Assembly (NCBI GenBank): GCA_002457075.1
Contig: NTKQ01000001.1
Span: 22,079 to 86,078 of the forward strand
Origin: Cryomorphaceae bacterium MED-G11
GTDB taxonomy: Bacteria > Bacteroidota > Bacteroidia > Flavobacteriales > Flavobacteriaceae
Direction of reading: 5' to 3'
Length of the DNA stretch: 64,000 nucleotides
Below, in pieces: positions 51,296 through 61,297 of the stretch; within the stretch, counting starts at the first letter, position 1, and each line of letters starts with the position of its first letter. A program made the translations under genes and the position numbers. The notes under the pieces are model-generated. The model made no database searches, was not told where the DNA came from, and saw only the letters and a list, made by a program, of their open reading frames with translations.

Positions 51296-52669
51296 ATGTC
51301 TCAAAAACTTAACACTCCAAAAGGTACAAGAGATTTTTCCTCTTTAGAAATTAAAAAAAGAGACTATCTTTTAAACACTCTAAAACAATGTTTTAAAACA
51401 TTTAATTTTCAGGAAATTCAGACTCCATCTTTTGAAAACTTATCTACTCTTACGGGTAAGTATGGTAATGAAGAGGATAATTTGATTTTTAAAATACTCT
51501 CTTCTGGAGATAAAATTAAAAAAGCTGATACTGAAGCTTTTAAAGAGAATAAACTAACAAAATTTTCTAATTCATTATCAGATAAGGCATTAAGATATGA
51601 CTTAACTGTTCCTTTATCTAGATTTGTTTCTCAAAATTTAAATAATTTATCATTTCCTTTTAAAAGATTTCAAACTCAATTAGTTTGGAGAGCTGAGAGA
51701 CCTCAAAGAGGAAGATTTAGAGAGTTTCTTCAATGTGATGTAGATATTATAGGTGAGTCTAATCATTTAAATGAGGTAGAATGTATTAAAGTTTATGATA
51801 CTGTCTTTAAGAGATTAGGTATGCCAAAAGTTAATCTTAGAATAAATAATAGACAAATTCTTGAGGGTATATCCCAATTAATGAATTTAGATAGCGTAAA
51901 TGAAATTGCATCTATTCTTGATAAGACTGATAAAATTGGAGTTGATGGAGTAATTAATGAATTAAAAAAGAAAAATATTTCAGATACTGCTATTGATCAA
52001 TTAAACTTTTTCCTAGATCTTAAAGGTTCTAATCGAGAAAAAATAAATAATTTAAGAGCTAAATTTAGCTCAAATAAGATTTCTACTAATGGATTAGACT
52101 TGCTAGAGAAAGTAATTAATACTTCACAAAAATTTAATTTGAAGAACATAGACATAAGTTTTGATTTATCTCTAGCTAGAGGCCTTAGCTACTATACTGG
52201 AACTATCATTGAAGTTTCATCTCCAGATGAATTTGATATAGGTTCTATAGGAGGAGGGGGGAGATATGATGATTTAGTTCAGAAAAATAATCCAAGATTA
52301 AGTGGTTTTGGGATATCCTTTGGGTTTGATAGAATATGCTTAATATTAGATGAATTAAACTTATTCCCTAGTGAATTAGATTCTTCAAAATCCTTTATGT
52401 TTCTGAATTTTAGTCTAGAAAAAATTGATAATCTTTTAGTTTATATTGATAAATTAAGAGAGAATAATATTATATGTGAGCTTTACCCAACTGATACAAA
52501 AATTAAAAAACAGATGGACTATGCTAATCAAAGAGGAATAGACTTTGTAGTAATAGTTGGTCAAGAAGAGTTAAATAAAAATATTTTTAAATTAAAGGAT
52601 ATGTCTAGTGGAAAAGAATCTTCTTTTGATTTAAAAAATATTGTTTCTGAACTACAAAACCTTAGTTAA
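51296..52669 (+). CDS. hisS: Histidyl-tRNA synthetase
   Basis: PKGTRDF, ALRYDLTVPLSRF, WRAERPQRGRFREFLQCDVDIIG, GGGRYDDL, GFGISFGFDRI are class IIa HisRS motifs. ATG 51296 preferred over TTG 51293. Confidence 0.94.
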   Translation: MSQKLNTPKGTRDFSSLEIKKRDYLLNTLKQCFKTFNFQEIQTPSFENLSTLTGKYGNEEDNLIFKILSSGDKIKKADTEAFKENKLTKFSNSLSDKALRYDLTVPLSRFVSQNLNNLSFPFKRFQTQLVWRAERPQRGRFREFLQCDVDIIGESNHLNEVECIKVYDTVFKRLGMPKVNLRINNRQILEGISQLMNLDSVNEIASILDKTDKIGVDGVINELKKKNISDTAIDQLNFFLDLKGSNREKINNLRAKFSSNKISTNGLDLLEKVINTSQKFNLKNIDISFDLSLARGLSYYTGTIIEVSSPDEFDIGSIGGGGRYDDLVQKNNPRLSGFGISFGFDRICLILDELNLFPSELDSSKSFMFLNFSLEKIDNLLVYIDKLRENNIICELYPTDTKIKKQMDYANQRGIDFVVIVGQEELNKNIFKLKDMSSGKESSFDLKNIVSELQNLS

Positions 52670-53483
52670 AGTGATTATACCATTTTTTAAATGGTCTTTC
52701 AATCAAACTATTAAATTTGGAATTTTTAATTTCATCTAGATCAGTGTCTACACCATAAATAATCTCACTTTTACTTAGTTCCATATAAGTCCCAAATAGT
52801 CTGTCCCATAAAGAAAATATATTACCATAATTAGAGTCTGTGTATGGTAATTCAAAGTGATGATGAACTTTGTGCATATTAGGTGAAACTATTAGATAAC
52901 TTAGTGTTTTATCAACCTTATCAGAAATTTGAATATTTGCATGATTAAACTGAGAGAATATAACAGATAAAGATTGATACATTAATACTAATCCAATAGG
53001 TGCACCTGAAATAAATATACCGACAAGTGTAAAAATAAATCTTACAACACTTTCAAAAGGGTGATGTCTATTTGCAGTAGTTGTATCTACCTTTTGATCT
53101 GTATGATGAACAATATGTATATACCATAATAATTTGACTTTATGTTGAACTAAATGGGGAAGGTAAGCACCTACTAGATCAAGCAACAATATTCCAACAA
53201 TTATACTCAATAGAGTAGAAGAGTTTAATAAATGTAATAAACCAAAATTATTTGCATTTGTCCAATCTGATGCAGACACCAGCATAAAGGCTAAAAAAAA
53301 GTTTACAATTATAGTAGTTATAGTTAAAAGAAAATTTGGAATTGAATGCTTCCATTTTTTATAATCAAGAAGTTTAAAAGGAACAATACCTTCTATTATC
53401 CAGAAAAAAGTAATACCAGAAACCATTATTAGTGCTCTGTTAACAGAAGAGATATTCTCAAATAGTAATAACAAATTTTCCAT
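52662..53483 (-). CDS. Fatty acid hydroxylase / sterol desaturase superfamily membrane protein
   Basis: Histidine boxes HLVQH, HIVHH and HKVHHH in a four- to five-TM protein. ATG at 53483 (MENLLLLFEN) chosen so the gene does not overlap the upstream M1 peptidase gene. The 3' end overlaps the hisS 3' end by 8 nt (convergent). Confidence 0.75.
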   Translation of the reverse strand: MENLLLLFENISSVNRALIMVSGITFFWIIEGIVPFKLLDYKKWKHSIPNFLLTITTIIVNFFLAFMLVSASDWTNANNFGLLHLLNSSTLLSIIVGILLLDLVGAYLPHLVQHKVKLLWYIHIVHHTDQKVDTTTANRHHPFESVVRFIFTLVGIFISGAPIGLVLMYQSLSVIFSQFNHANIQISDKVDKTLSYLIVSPNMHKVHHHFELPYTDSNYGNIFSLWDRLFGTYMELSKSEIIYGVDTDLDEIKNSKFNSLIERPFKKWYNHFN

Positions 53484-53484
53484 T

Positions 53485-55302
53485 CTAATCGAATATAAGT
53501 ATATCATTTGTATAATCAGTATCCGCTATAAGTCCAGTTGGATTTATGTCAATTGATTTAATAGATTCTAGTTTATGCTTTATTTTAAAAGTATATTTTT
53601 TTGAAGCCCAGGACCAATCATTAAGTTGTATCCAACTTTTAGCATATTTAGGTTGTTTCTTATCACCTCTCATTAGAGAAATAGGTATATAATAATACTC
53701 TTCCGCTCCATCTTTCAACGTAACTAATACTTCAAGAGGCATTGGCATTAAGCCAATTCTTTCTAAAGTAATATTGGATCTGTTTTTATCTTTTTCAACT
53801 TGATTAATTGAATAATCAATTTTATTTGTTGTTTGGGTCCAGTCTGTTAAATACCAGTTTAAAAGAATTCCTGAAGACTGTTCAGCAATTCTTCTTAAAT
53901 CATTTGGTAATGGATGAGTAAACTTATAAGTATTAAAGTAATTTTTTATTGTTTTATTGAAAGCTTCTAAACCAATTATATACCTTAATTGACTCAAGAA
54001 TACAAACCCTTTTGAATATGCAGTTGATTCATATGCTCTATTATGTTTATATCTGTTTGCATTTGTCGACTGAGGCATTTCTTGTCCAGAATTTGCTAAA
54101 CTTATATATCTTCCATATGAACTACTAATAGAATTATTGAAATCAGATCCTAGAACAAAGCTCTCAGCTAAATCTCCAAAAAAACTTGCTGAACCTTCAT
54201 CCATCCATTCATGATTCATTTCATTAGTAGCTAATACTCCTTGGAACCATGCGTGTGCAAGTTCATGAGAAGTTACACTTACAAGAGGAACAAAATCTTT
54301 ACCAGAGTTAACAAGAGTTAACATAGAATATTCCATTCCACCATCTCCTCCTTGAACAACTGAATATTGCTTATATGGATAAGTTCCAATATTTTTATTG
54401 AAAAATTTTAAAAGTTCAGCAGTAATTGGCTGTAAAGCTTTCCAATTATCGATTATTTCAGGATCATTTTTATAATAGAAATTCAATTGTACTCCATTAG
54501 CTCCTTGATAAATATCATGAATATAATCAGGATCAGCAGCCCAAGTAAAATCATGAACTTTTGGAGCTAGAAAATTCCAAATTCTCTTTTTTCCAGATTT
54601 AATACCAAGCTTAAAATTTGAAGGGTCACTTTCTTGAAGATATCCAGATGCAGCAACTATATATTCCTCATCAATTTTAATAGTAACATCAAAATCTCCC
54701 CAAACACCATGAAACTCTCTTCCAGTATATGGGGCTGTATTCCAGCCTTCATAGTCATATTCTGACATTTTTGGATACCACTGAGCCATCGAAAACTTTA
54801 CTCCCATTGGAGAATCTCTTCCAGCTCTTCTAATAGTTATAGGTACCTGACCTTTAAAATCCATTGTGAAGACAGATGAGCTTCCTGGTAAAAGAGGACT
54901 GGCTAGTGTTACCTCTAAAATTGTATCAGATAAATAGGTTTCAACATTGACATTATCCTGTTTAAGATTGGTAACACTTAGAAACCCTTCTTCCTCTGGC
55001 TTTAATTTGCTTATATCTACATCAAACCTAGTGTTAATATCATCTCCATTATTTAATCTTACAGCCATATCACTCCCTTTTTTGAATGCATTAAAGTATA
55101 AGTGAAAAAAGACTTTATTTAAAGTGTCTAGTGAATTGTTGGTATAGATTATCTCCTGATCTCCTTTATAAGAGTTATTCTTTGCATTTATATCTACTGT
55201 AATCTTATAATCAACCTCTTGTTGCCAGTAGTTTTGACTTTGTATACTATTTATGAAAAATAAAGATAAGAATAGGACTAAAGGTGAAGTATTCATATTC
55301 AT
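53485..55302 (-). CDS. Secreted M1 family metallopeptidase (aminopeptidase N-like)
   Basis: HELAHAWF followed by WMDEGSASFF (HExxH-18-E gluzincin signature), preceded by GGMEY. Signal peptide. ATG 55302 chosen, because the TTG at 55326 lies inside the candidate promoter box. Confidence 0.85.
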   Translation of the reverse strand: MNMNTSPLVLFLSLFFINSIQSQNYWQQEVDYKITVDINAKNNSYKGDQEIIYTNNSLDTLNKVFFHLYFNAFKKGSDMAVRLNNGDDINTRFDVDISKLKPEEEGFLSVTNLKQDNVNVETYLSDTILEVTLASPLLPGSSSVFTMDFKGQVPITIRRAGRDSPMGVKFSMAQWYPKMSEYDYEGWNTAPYTGREFHGVWGDFDVTIKIDEEYIVAASGYLQESDPSNFKLGIKSGKKRIWNFLAPKVHDFTWAADPDYIHDIYQGANGVQLNFYYKNDPEIIDNWKALQPITAELLKFFNKNIGTYPYKQYSVVQGGDGGMEYSMLTLVNSGKDFVPLVSVTSHELAHAWFQGVLATNEMNHEWMDEGSASFFGDLAESFVLGSDFNNSISSSYGRYISLANSGQEMPQSTNANRYKHNRAYESTAYSKGFVFLSQLRYIIGLEAFNKTIKNYFNTYKFTHPLPNDLRRIAEQSSGILLNWYLTDWTQTTNKIDYSINQVEKDKNRSNITLERIGLMPMPLEVLVTLKDGAEEYYYIPISLMRGDKKQPKYAKSWIQLNDWSWASKKYTFKIKHKLESIKSIDINPTGLIADTDYTNDILIFD

Positions 55303-55323
55303 TAAGTAAGATTTATTTTGAAC

Positions 55324-55331
55324 CAAATATA
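55324..55331 (-). promoter_or_regulatory. Candidate -7 promoter box (TATATTTG on minus strand) upstream of the M1 peptidase gene
   Basis: The plus strand reads CAAATATA, 22 nt upstream of the ATG at 55302. Confidence 0.35.
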
Positions 55332-55398
55332 ACTAATTACTTATATCACAAGTGTTAAAAGAATTCTAAAAACATTTATATTTATAAAAACCATTGTT

Positions 55399-58300
55399 AT
55401 GAAAAAAATTATTTATTCACTTCTAATCTTCATGATTTCCTCAAATATTATTTTTGCTCAAGACAAAACTGAAGAAAAAGAAAAGAAAGAAAAATCTAAT
55501 AAAAATTTACCTATTAAACCCGGGAGATTTTATGATTTGAACACAGATACTGGTTCATGGATGTCTTTGGACGTTAGTCCGGATGGACAAACAATAGTTT
55601 TTGATCTTCTTGGTGATATTTATTCAATTCCAATATCTGGAGGTAAAGCTAAGCGTATAACTAAAGGAATGGCATTTGATTCTCATCCAAAGTATTCTCC
55701 TAATGGAGAGTCAATTGTTTATGTAAGTGATAAAAGTGGAGGAAATAATGTCTGGATTAGAGATTTAAATTCAAACGATTCAATTCAAATAACAAAGGAA
55801 AAAGATAATCAGACTGCCTTTGCAGATTGGTCTAAAGATGGAGATTATTTAATCGTTTCTAAAGGAAGAAGAAACCTAAAGCTATACATGTACCATAAGG
55901 ATGGTGGGAATGGAGTTAAGTTAATTGATAAGCCATCATCTTTAAAAATAGTTCAACCTGAAGTAGGAATTAATGACAGATATATATGGTATGCAAATAG
56001 AACTAATTCATGGCAGTATAATGCAGGTCTTCCTCAATATCAAATTTCAAAATATGATCGAGAAACAGGAGATATAAAAAGAGAAACATCAAGATTTGGT
56101 TCAGCTTTTACACCAACCCTCTCACCTGACGGAAAGAGTCTAGTATATGGTACTAGATATGAGGACAAAACTGCTCTTAGAATTCGTAATTTGGAGACTG
56201 GATATGAAAAATGGCTTGCTTTTCCTGTCCAAAAAGATGATCAGGAATCTCAAGCAACAATGGGAGTTCTTCCAAATATGGCTTTTACACCAGATAGTAA
56301 AAATTTAATTTTATCATATGGAGGAAAAATAAATAAAATTGATATAAATGAAGGTAAATCATATGAAATACCTTTTCAGATTAATGAGACTATAGAAGTA
56401 GGTCCTGAATTAAAGTTTGACTATGAAATCTCAGATGAAAAATCTATGATTGTTAATCAAATTAGAAATCCATCTGTATCTCCGGATAATAAAAAAATCA
56501 CATTTACAGCATTAAATAAATTATATGTAATGGATTTAGATTCAAATCAAATAACTAGGTTGACATCTTTTGAAGATGAAACAATTGAAGCAATGCCTAA
56601 CTGGGGTCCCGACGGTAAAGAAATAGTTTTTGTAACATGGAATGATAACATAGGTGGTTCATTATATAAAGTGAGATCAGATGGGAAAAGGGAACCTTTT
56701 CTATTAACTCAAAGTAATGAGAGGAGAATAAATGGGGTTTATATGAATCCTAGATGGAATTCAGCTGGTGATAGAATTGTATTTACAATAGGGGATGCAA
56801 GAAATTATAGAAGCAGTGAAGGTCCTGGGGCATTTAAATCAAACGAAAAAATTATGTGGATTTCTTCAAAAGGTGGTCAACTTAATTACATTAGTGACTC
56901 AAAAGGAAGATCTTATCCTCATTTTGTTGATGGAAAAGATAGAATTTATCTTTTTGGTAACTCTAAAGGTCTGGTTTCAATTAAATGGGATGGTACTGAT
57001 GAAAAAAATATCATTAAGGTCACTGGGACAACTCCTTATGGATCTGGAGATACAAAAAGACCATCAAATGCGAGTTTAATTTTAATTTCACCAGATGGGT
57101 CTAAAGGTTTAGCGAAAATAAACAATAATATATACAGTTTTACTATTCCTTATACTGGTTTAGAGTCATTAAAAATTTCAGTTTCTAACCCTAAATCCTC
57201 ATCCTTTCCAGCTAGAAAATTAACAAAGATTGGTGGCGAATTTCCTTCATGGAATAAGGATTCTGAGTCTATAAACTGGTCTATTGGAAATTCTTTTTTA
57301 ACATATGATTTGAATGATGCTGAACAATTTGACAAGGAGCAAGAAAAAAAAGACAATGAAAAGTCAGAGGAGGAAAAGAAAAAAGATGAATTAGTAGAGA
57401 AGATTGCAGAATTAGACCCTGATTTAGCTGAAGAGGTTTCTGAAGAGGATAAAACTGATGAATTTTCACCTGATGAGATTCAAATTGAGGTAAATGTAGA
57501 TAGAGATATACCTAATAGTTCAATTTTATTATTAAATGCAAAAATAATAACAATGAATAGCGATCAAATAATTCAGAATGGACAGATTTATATTAAGAAT
57601 AATCGAATTATTGAAGTTAGTGACAAAGAAATAATGATTGAAGATGAAAACCTTATAAAAATGGATATGACGGGTAAAACTATTTTGCCTGGATTTGTAG
57701 ATACTCATGCACACATGTGGCCTAGATGGGGACTACATAGATATCAGCCAGCATCTTATGCAGCTAATCTTGCTAATGGAGTTACTACAACCAGAGATCC
57801 TCAAACTGCAACTACAGATGTTCTTACTTATGCTGATATGGTTGAAACGGGTATGATTTTGGGTCCTAGAGTTTATTCTACTGGTCCAGGTTTAGGATAT
57901 TGGGGTTACAATGTTAAAAGCTTAGATGATGCAAGAGACGTAATGAAACAATATTCTAAATATTATAATACAAAAACAATTAAAATGTATGTAGCAGGAA
58001 ATAGGCAGCAAAGACAATGGATTCTAATGGCAGCTAGGGAGCAAGAAATAATGCCTACAACTGAAGGAAGCTTAAATCTAAGGCTAAATTTAACTGAAAC
58101 TATAGATGGATATCCAGGTCAAGAACATAATCATCCAATATATCCAGTGTACGATGATATTGTTGGTTTAACTGCATTTACTAAAAAAGCTTACACTCCT
58201 ACACTTTTAGTTACATATGGAGGACCATGGGCTGAGAATTATTATTTTGCAACAGAAGATATTCATAATGATGAAAAAGTAAAGTTTTTCACTCCTAAAG

Positions 58301-58773
58301 ATGAATTAGACTCAAAAAGAAGAATTAAAGCTGGTTGGTTTCATGAAGATGAATATGCCTTTGAAGAGTTTAGTGTATTTGTGAAAGATCTTGTAGAACA
58401 AGGTGGTATTGCAGGAGTTGGTTCACATGGTCAGTTTGAAGGAATTGGTTATCATTGGGAATTATGGAGTATGGCTTCAGGTGGTATATCAAATCATGAT
58501 ATGCTAAAGGTTGCTACTATTCAAGGAGCATATGCAATTGGACTTGATAAAGAACTGGGATCAATAGAAAAAGGAAAGTTAGCAGACTTAGTAATTCTTA
58601 ATAAGGACCCTTTGGATGAAATAAGAAACACAAGTTCTATTGAAATGGTTATGAAAAACGGTAGATTATATAATGGTGATAATTTAAATCAAATTTATCC
58701 ATTACAAAAAAAATCTGAAAATTTTAACTGGCAAGAAAAAGCCCCAAGTTCACTTCCAGGTATTAATAAATAA
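55399..58773 (+). CDS. Secreted fusion protein: TolB-like (PD40/WD40-like) beta-propeller region plus C-terminal metal-dependent amidohydrolase
   Basis: Signal peptide. Repeated PD40-like units (DVSPDGQTIVF, YSPNGESIVYVSD, LSPDGKSLVY, VSPDNKKITF, WGPDGKEIVF). Acidic linker near 57331-57480. Then ILPGFVDTHAHMW and GSIEKGKLADLVILNKDPL, typical of the amidohydrolase superfamily. Confidence 0.8.
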   Translation: MKKIIYSLLIFMISSNIIFAQDKTEEKEKKEKSNKNLPIKPGRFYDLNTDTGSWMSLDVSPDGQTIVFDLLGDIYSIPISGGKAKRITKGMAFDSHPKYSPNGESIVYVSDKSGGNNVWIRDLNSNDSIQITKEKDNQTAFADWSKDGDYLIVSKGRRNLKLYMYHKDGGNGVKLIDKPSSLKIVQPEVGINDRYIWYANRTNSWQYNAGLPQYQISKYDRETGDIKRETSRFGSAFTPTLSPDGKSLVYGTRYEDKTALRIRNLETGYEKWLAFPVQKDDQESQATMGVLPNMAFTPDSKNLILSYGGKINKIDINEGKSYEIPFQINETIEVGPELKFDYEISDEKSMIVNQIRNPSVSPDNKKITFTALNKLYVMDLDSNQITRLTSFEDETIEAMPNWGPDGKEIVFVTWNDNIGGSLYKVRSDGKREPFLLTQSNERRINGVYMNPRWNSAGDRIVFTIGDARNYRSSEGPGAFKSNEKIMWISSKGGQLNYISDSKGRSYPHFVDGKDRIYLFGNSKGLVSIKWDGTDEKNIIKVTGTTPYGSGDTKRPSNASLILISPDGSKGLAKINNNIYSFTIPYTGLESLKISVSNPKSSSFPARKLTKIGGEFPSWNKDSESINWSIGNSFLTYDLNDAEQFDKEQEKKDNEKSEEEKKKDELVEKIAELDPDLAEEVSEEDKTDEFSPDEIQIEVNVDRDIPNSSILLLNAKIITMNSDQIIQNGQIYIKNNRIIEVSDKEIMIEDENLIKMDMTGKTILPGFVDTHAHMWPRWGLHRYQPASYAANLANGVTTTRDPQTATTDVLTYADMVETGMILGPRVYSTGPGLGYWGYNVKSLDDARDVMKQYSKYYNTKTIKMYVAGNRQQRQWILMAAREQEIMPTTEGSLNLRLNLTETIDGYPGQEHNHPIYPVYDDIVGLTAFTKKAYTPTLLVTYGGPWAENYYFATEDIHNDEKVKFFTPKDELDSKRRIKAGWFHEDEYAFEEFSVFVKDLVEQGGIAGVGSHGQFEGIGYHWELWSMASGGISNHDMLKVATIQGAYAIGLDKELGSIEKGKLADLVILNKDPLDEIRNTSSIEMVMKNGRLYNGDNLNQIYPLQKKSENFNWQEKAPSSLPGINK

Positions 58774-58783
58774 AACAAAAATT

Positions 58784-61297
58784 ATGAAAAAGATTCTTTT
58801 ACTTAACCTTATATTTTTAGGCTCACTTTATTCACAAGATTATTATTATGAAAAATATGCTCCTTTTGATGAAAACATAAAATCTCCGGAAGAGTTTTTA
58901 GGTTATCCTATTGGTGAAATGCATACAAGACATGATTTAATTGTTTCTTATATGACATATTTATCAAATGTTTCAGATAAAGCAGATATGTTTAGTTATG
59001 CAACATCATATGAAGGAAGAAAACTAATCTATTTGATAGTAAGTTCTCCTGAAAAGATCAAAAATATAGAAACAATAAGGAAATCACATCTTTCATATAT
59101 AAAACCAGATGATGAAAATTATAATAAATCTATTAAACCAACAGATTTTCCTATAATAGTAAATCTTGGATATAATGTTCATGGAAATGAACCTTCTAGT
59201 TCAGAAGCTGCAATGCTTACTGCATACACACTAATCAGCTCTAAATCAAAAGAAGTTGAAGAGTACTTAGAAAATTCAATAGTATTAATTGACCCTACAA
59301 TAAATCCAGATGGTAGAGATAGACATACTCAATGGGTAAATAGTTATAAAGGTTCACCTCTTGTTGACGATCCTCAGGATGCTGAACACAATGAATATTG
59401 GCCTGGCGGAAGAACAAATCATTATTGGTTTGATTTAAATAGAGATGTATTACTTGGAATTCACCCAGAGACTAGAGGGAAAATTGATTTTCATCACAAT
59501 TGGTATCCAAATGTAACAATGGATTTTCATGAAATGGGAACTAATAGTACTTATTTTTTTGTACCATGGAAAACTCATGCTGCAAAAGACCCTGTTATAC
59601 CCCAAGAGAACTATGAATATTTTGAAAGATTATTTGGAGAATCTTTTGCCAAAGGTCTAGACGAAATAGGGTCGATGTATTTTTCAAAAGAAGCTTTTGA
59701 TAAGACATATCCAGGGTATCATTCTTCATATGGTGATTTAATGGGTGGAATAGGTATGTTATTTGAACAAGCAAGCTCTAGAGGTCATAAACAGGTAACT
59801 CAATTTGGAGAAATTACATTTCCTTTTACAATAAGAAACCAATATGTGTCAGGGATGACCACTATAAAGGCATCTGTTGAAATGAAAGATGAATTAATGG
59901 AGTATCAGCAAAGATTTTTTGCTTCAGCATTAACAGATGCAGACAAAAAAAGAACTAAGGGGTACTCTTTCAAAATGGGAAAAGACAGAAATAAGACTAA
60001 AGCATTTATTGATAAATTAATGATTCATGATATAAGTGTATTAAAAGACAATGATAATTTCTTTGTTCCAACAAAACAAAAGAATTATAGAACTGTAAGA
60101 TCCATCTTTGAGACTAATACTGAATTTAGAGATAGTGTTTTTTATGATGCTTCAGCTTGGTCAATTGCTAACTTTTACGATATTGATTATAATTCTTCAT
60201 CAAAAAATATTCAAGGTGTTGAACTTGATAATCTTGATAATCTATTTACCGTAAATAAAATAGATGAATCTGAATATGCCTATATAATTAATTCTGTTGA
60301 TTATAATATTCCAGCAGTAATTAACAGTTTAGTCAACAGTGATATTTTAGTATCAACTGCTTTTAAGCCATTTACCATAAATACTTCTAGTGGACTTATT
60401 CCATTTGATTATGGATCTTTAGTAATTCCAGTAAGTCTTCAAAAAATTAGTTCAAAAGAATTATTTAATAAACTCGAAAATATTCAGAATAAATTTCAAG
60501 TAAATATTTATTCTGCTCCTTCTGGTTTAAGTTCAGGTGGAATTGATCTTGGAAGTAGATATGTTTCTCCTTTAAAAAAACAAAAAGCAATGATGTTAGT
60601 AGGAACTGGAGTTAGATCTTATGAAGCAGGAGAAGTATGGCATCTTTTAGATCAGAGAGTAGGAATGCCAATTTCAAAAATACCTATTAGAAATTTTGAT
60701 AGAGTTTCTTTGGATACCTACACAACAATGGTAATAGTATCTGGGAGTTATGATTTTAATGAAGATCAAATAAAGAAAATTAAAGACTGGGCTAGTAATG
60801 GCAATACAATTATTTCAATAGGCTCTGGTTCAAAATTCCTTATTGATAATGGAATTGTAAATGAAAAATTACTTAAATCAGATAAAGATGAGGATAGAAA
60901 AGATTATCAACCATATATTGATGCACAAGATAATAGAGGTAAAGAGAGGATTGGCGGTATTATCCTTAATGCCCATGTTGATCTGACACATCCAATTGGA
61001 TTTGGTTATGAGAATTCTAATATTCCTGTATACAGAAATAATACTGTATGGATTCAACCATCAGATAATGAATATTCTTCTGTTGTTAGGTATACTAACG
61101 ATCCCCTAATAGATGGCTTTATAACAGATAATAATGCAGAAAAACTTAATTCTACAATTTCTTTATTAGTATCTAAAATTGGAAACGGAAGAGCAGTATT
61201 GTTTTCTGACAATCCGAATTTTAGAGGCTCATGGTATGGCACAAATAGACTGTTTCTAAATGCAATATTACTAGGGGATAAGATTCAAGTTCCATAA
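58784..61297 (+). CDS. Secreted M14 family zinc carboxypeptidase-like protein (837 aa)
   Basis: Signal peptide. NVHGNEPSSSEA (HxxE zinc site), NPDGRD, and a later FHEMG block fit the M14 fold. A long C-terminal region has unknown function. Confidence 0.75.
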   Translation: MKKILLLNLIFLGSLYSQDYYYEKYAPFDENIKSPEEFLGYPIGEMHTRHDLIVSYMTYLSNVSDKADMFSYATSYEGRKLIYLIVSSPEKIKNIETIRKSHLSYIKPDDENYNKSIKPTDFPIIVNLGYNVHGNEPSSSEAAMLTAYTLISSKSKEVEEYLENSIVLIDPTINPDGRDRHTQWVNSYKGSPLVDDPQDAEHNEYWPGGRTNHYWFDLNRDVLLGIHPETRGKIDFHHNWYPNVTMDFHEMGTNSTYFFVPWKTHAAKDPVIPQENYEYFERLFGESFAKGLDEIGSMYFSKEAFDKTYPGYHSSYGDLMGGIGMLFEQASSRGHKQVTQFGEITFPFTIRNQYVSGMTTIKASVEMKDELMEYQQRFFASALTDADKKRTKGYSFKMGKDRNKTKAFIDKLMIHDISVLKDNDNFFVPTKQKNYRTVRSIFETNTEFRDSVFYDASAWSIANFYDIDYNSSSKNIQGVELDNLDNLFTVNKIDESEYAYIINSVDYNIPAVINSLVNSDILVSTAFKPFTINTSSGLIPFDYGSLVIPVSLQKISSKELFNKLENIQNKFQVNIYSAPSGLSSGGIDLGSRYVSPLKKQKAMMLVGTGVRSYEAGEVWHLLDQRVGMPISKIPIRNFDRVSLDTYTTMVIVSGSYDFNEDQIKKIKDWASNGNTIISIGSGSKFLIDNGIVNEKLLKSDKDEDRKDYQPYIDAQDNRGKERIGGIILNAHVDLTHPIGFGYENSNIPVYRNNTVWIQPSDNEYSSVVRYTNDPLIDGFITDNNAEKLNSTISLLVSKIGNGRAVLFSDNPNFRGSWYGTNRLFLNAILLGDKIQVP

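Noticed and set aside
52662-53483. The hydroxylase-family protein and the proteorhodopsin both begin with MENLL. The hydroxylase might also have been a carotenoid hydroxylase (CrtZ) linked to the rhodopsin system.
   Set aside because: A five-residue match is coincidence. The protein is much longer than CrtZ, lies 31 kb from the rhodopsin gene, and shows only the generic His boxes of the fatty-acid hydroxylase superfamily.
56795-57714. Internal ORFs in other frames within the 1124-aa amidohydrolase gene: 56795-57079 (+), 57150-57356 (-), 57281-57469 (-), 57532-57714 (-).
   Set aside because: They are embedded in a long, motif-rich ORF. Their translations are low-complexity and lack any recognisable domain.
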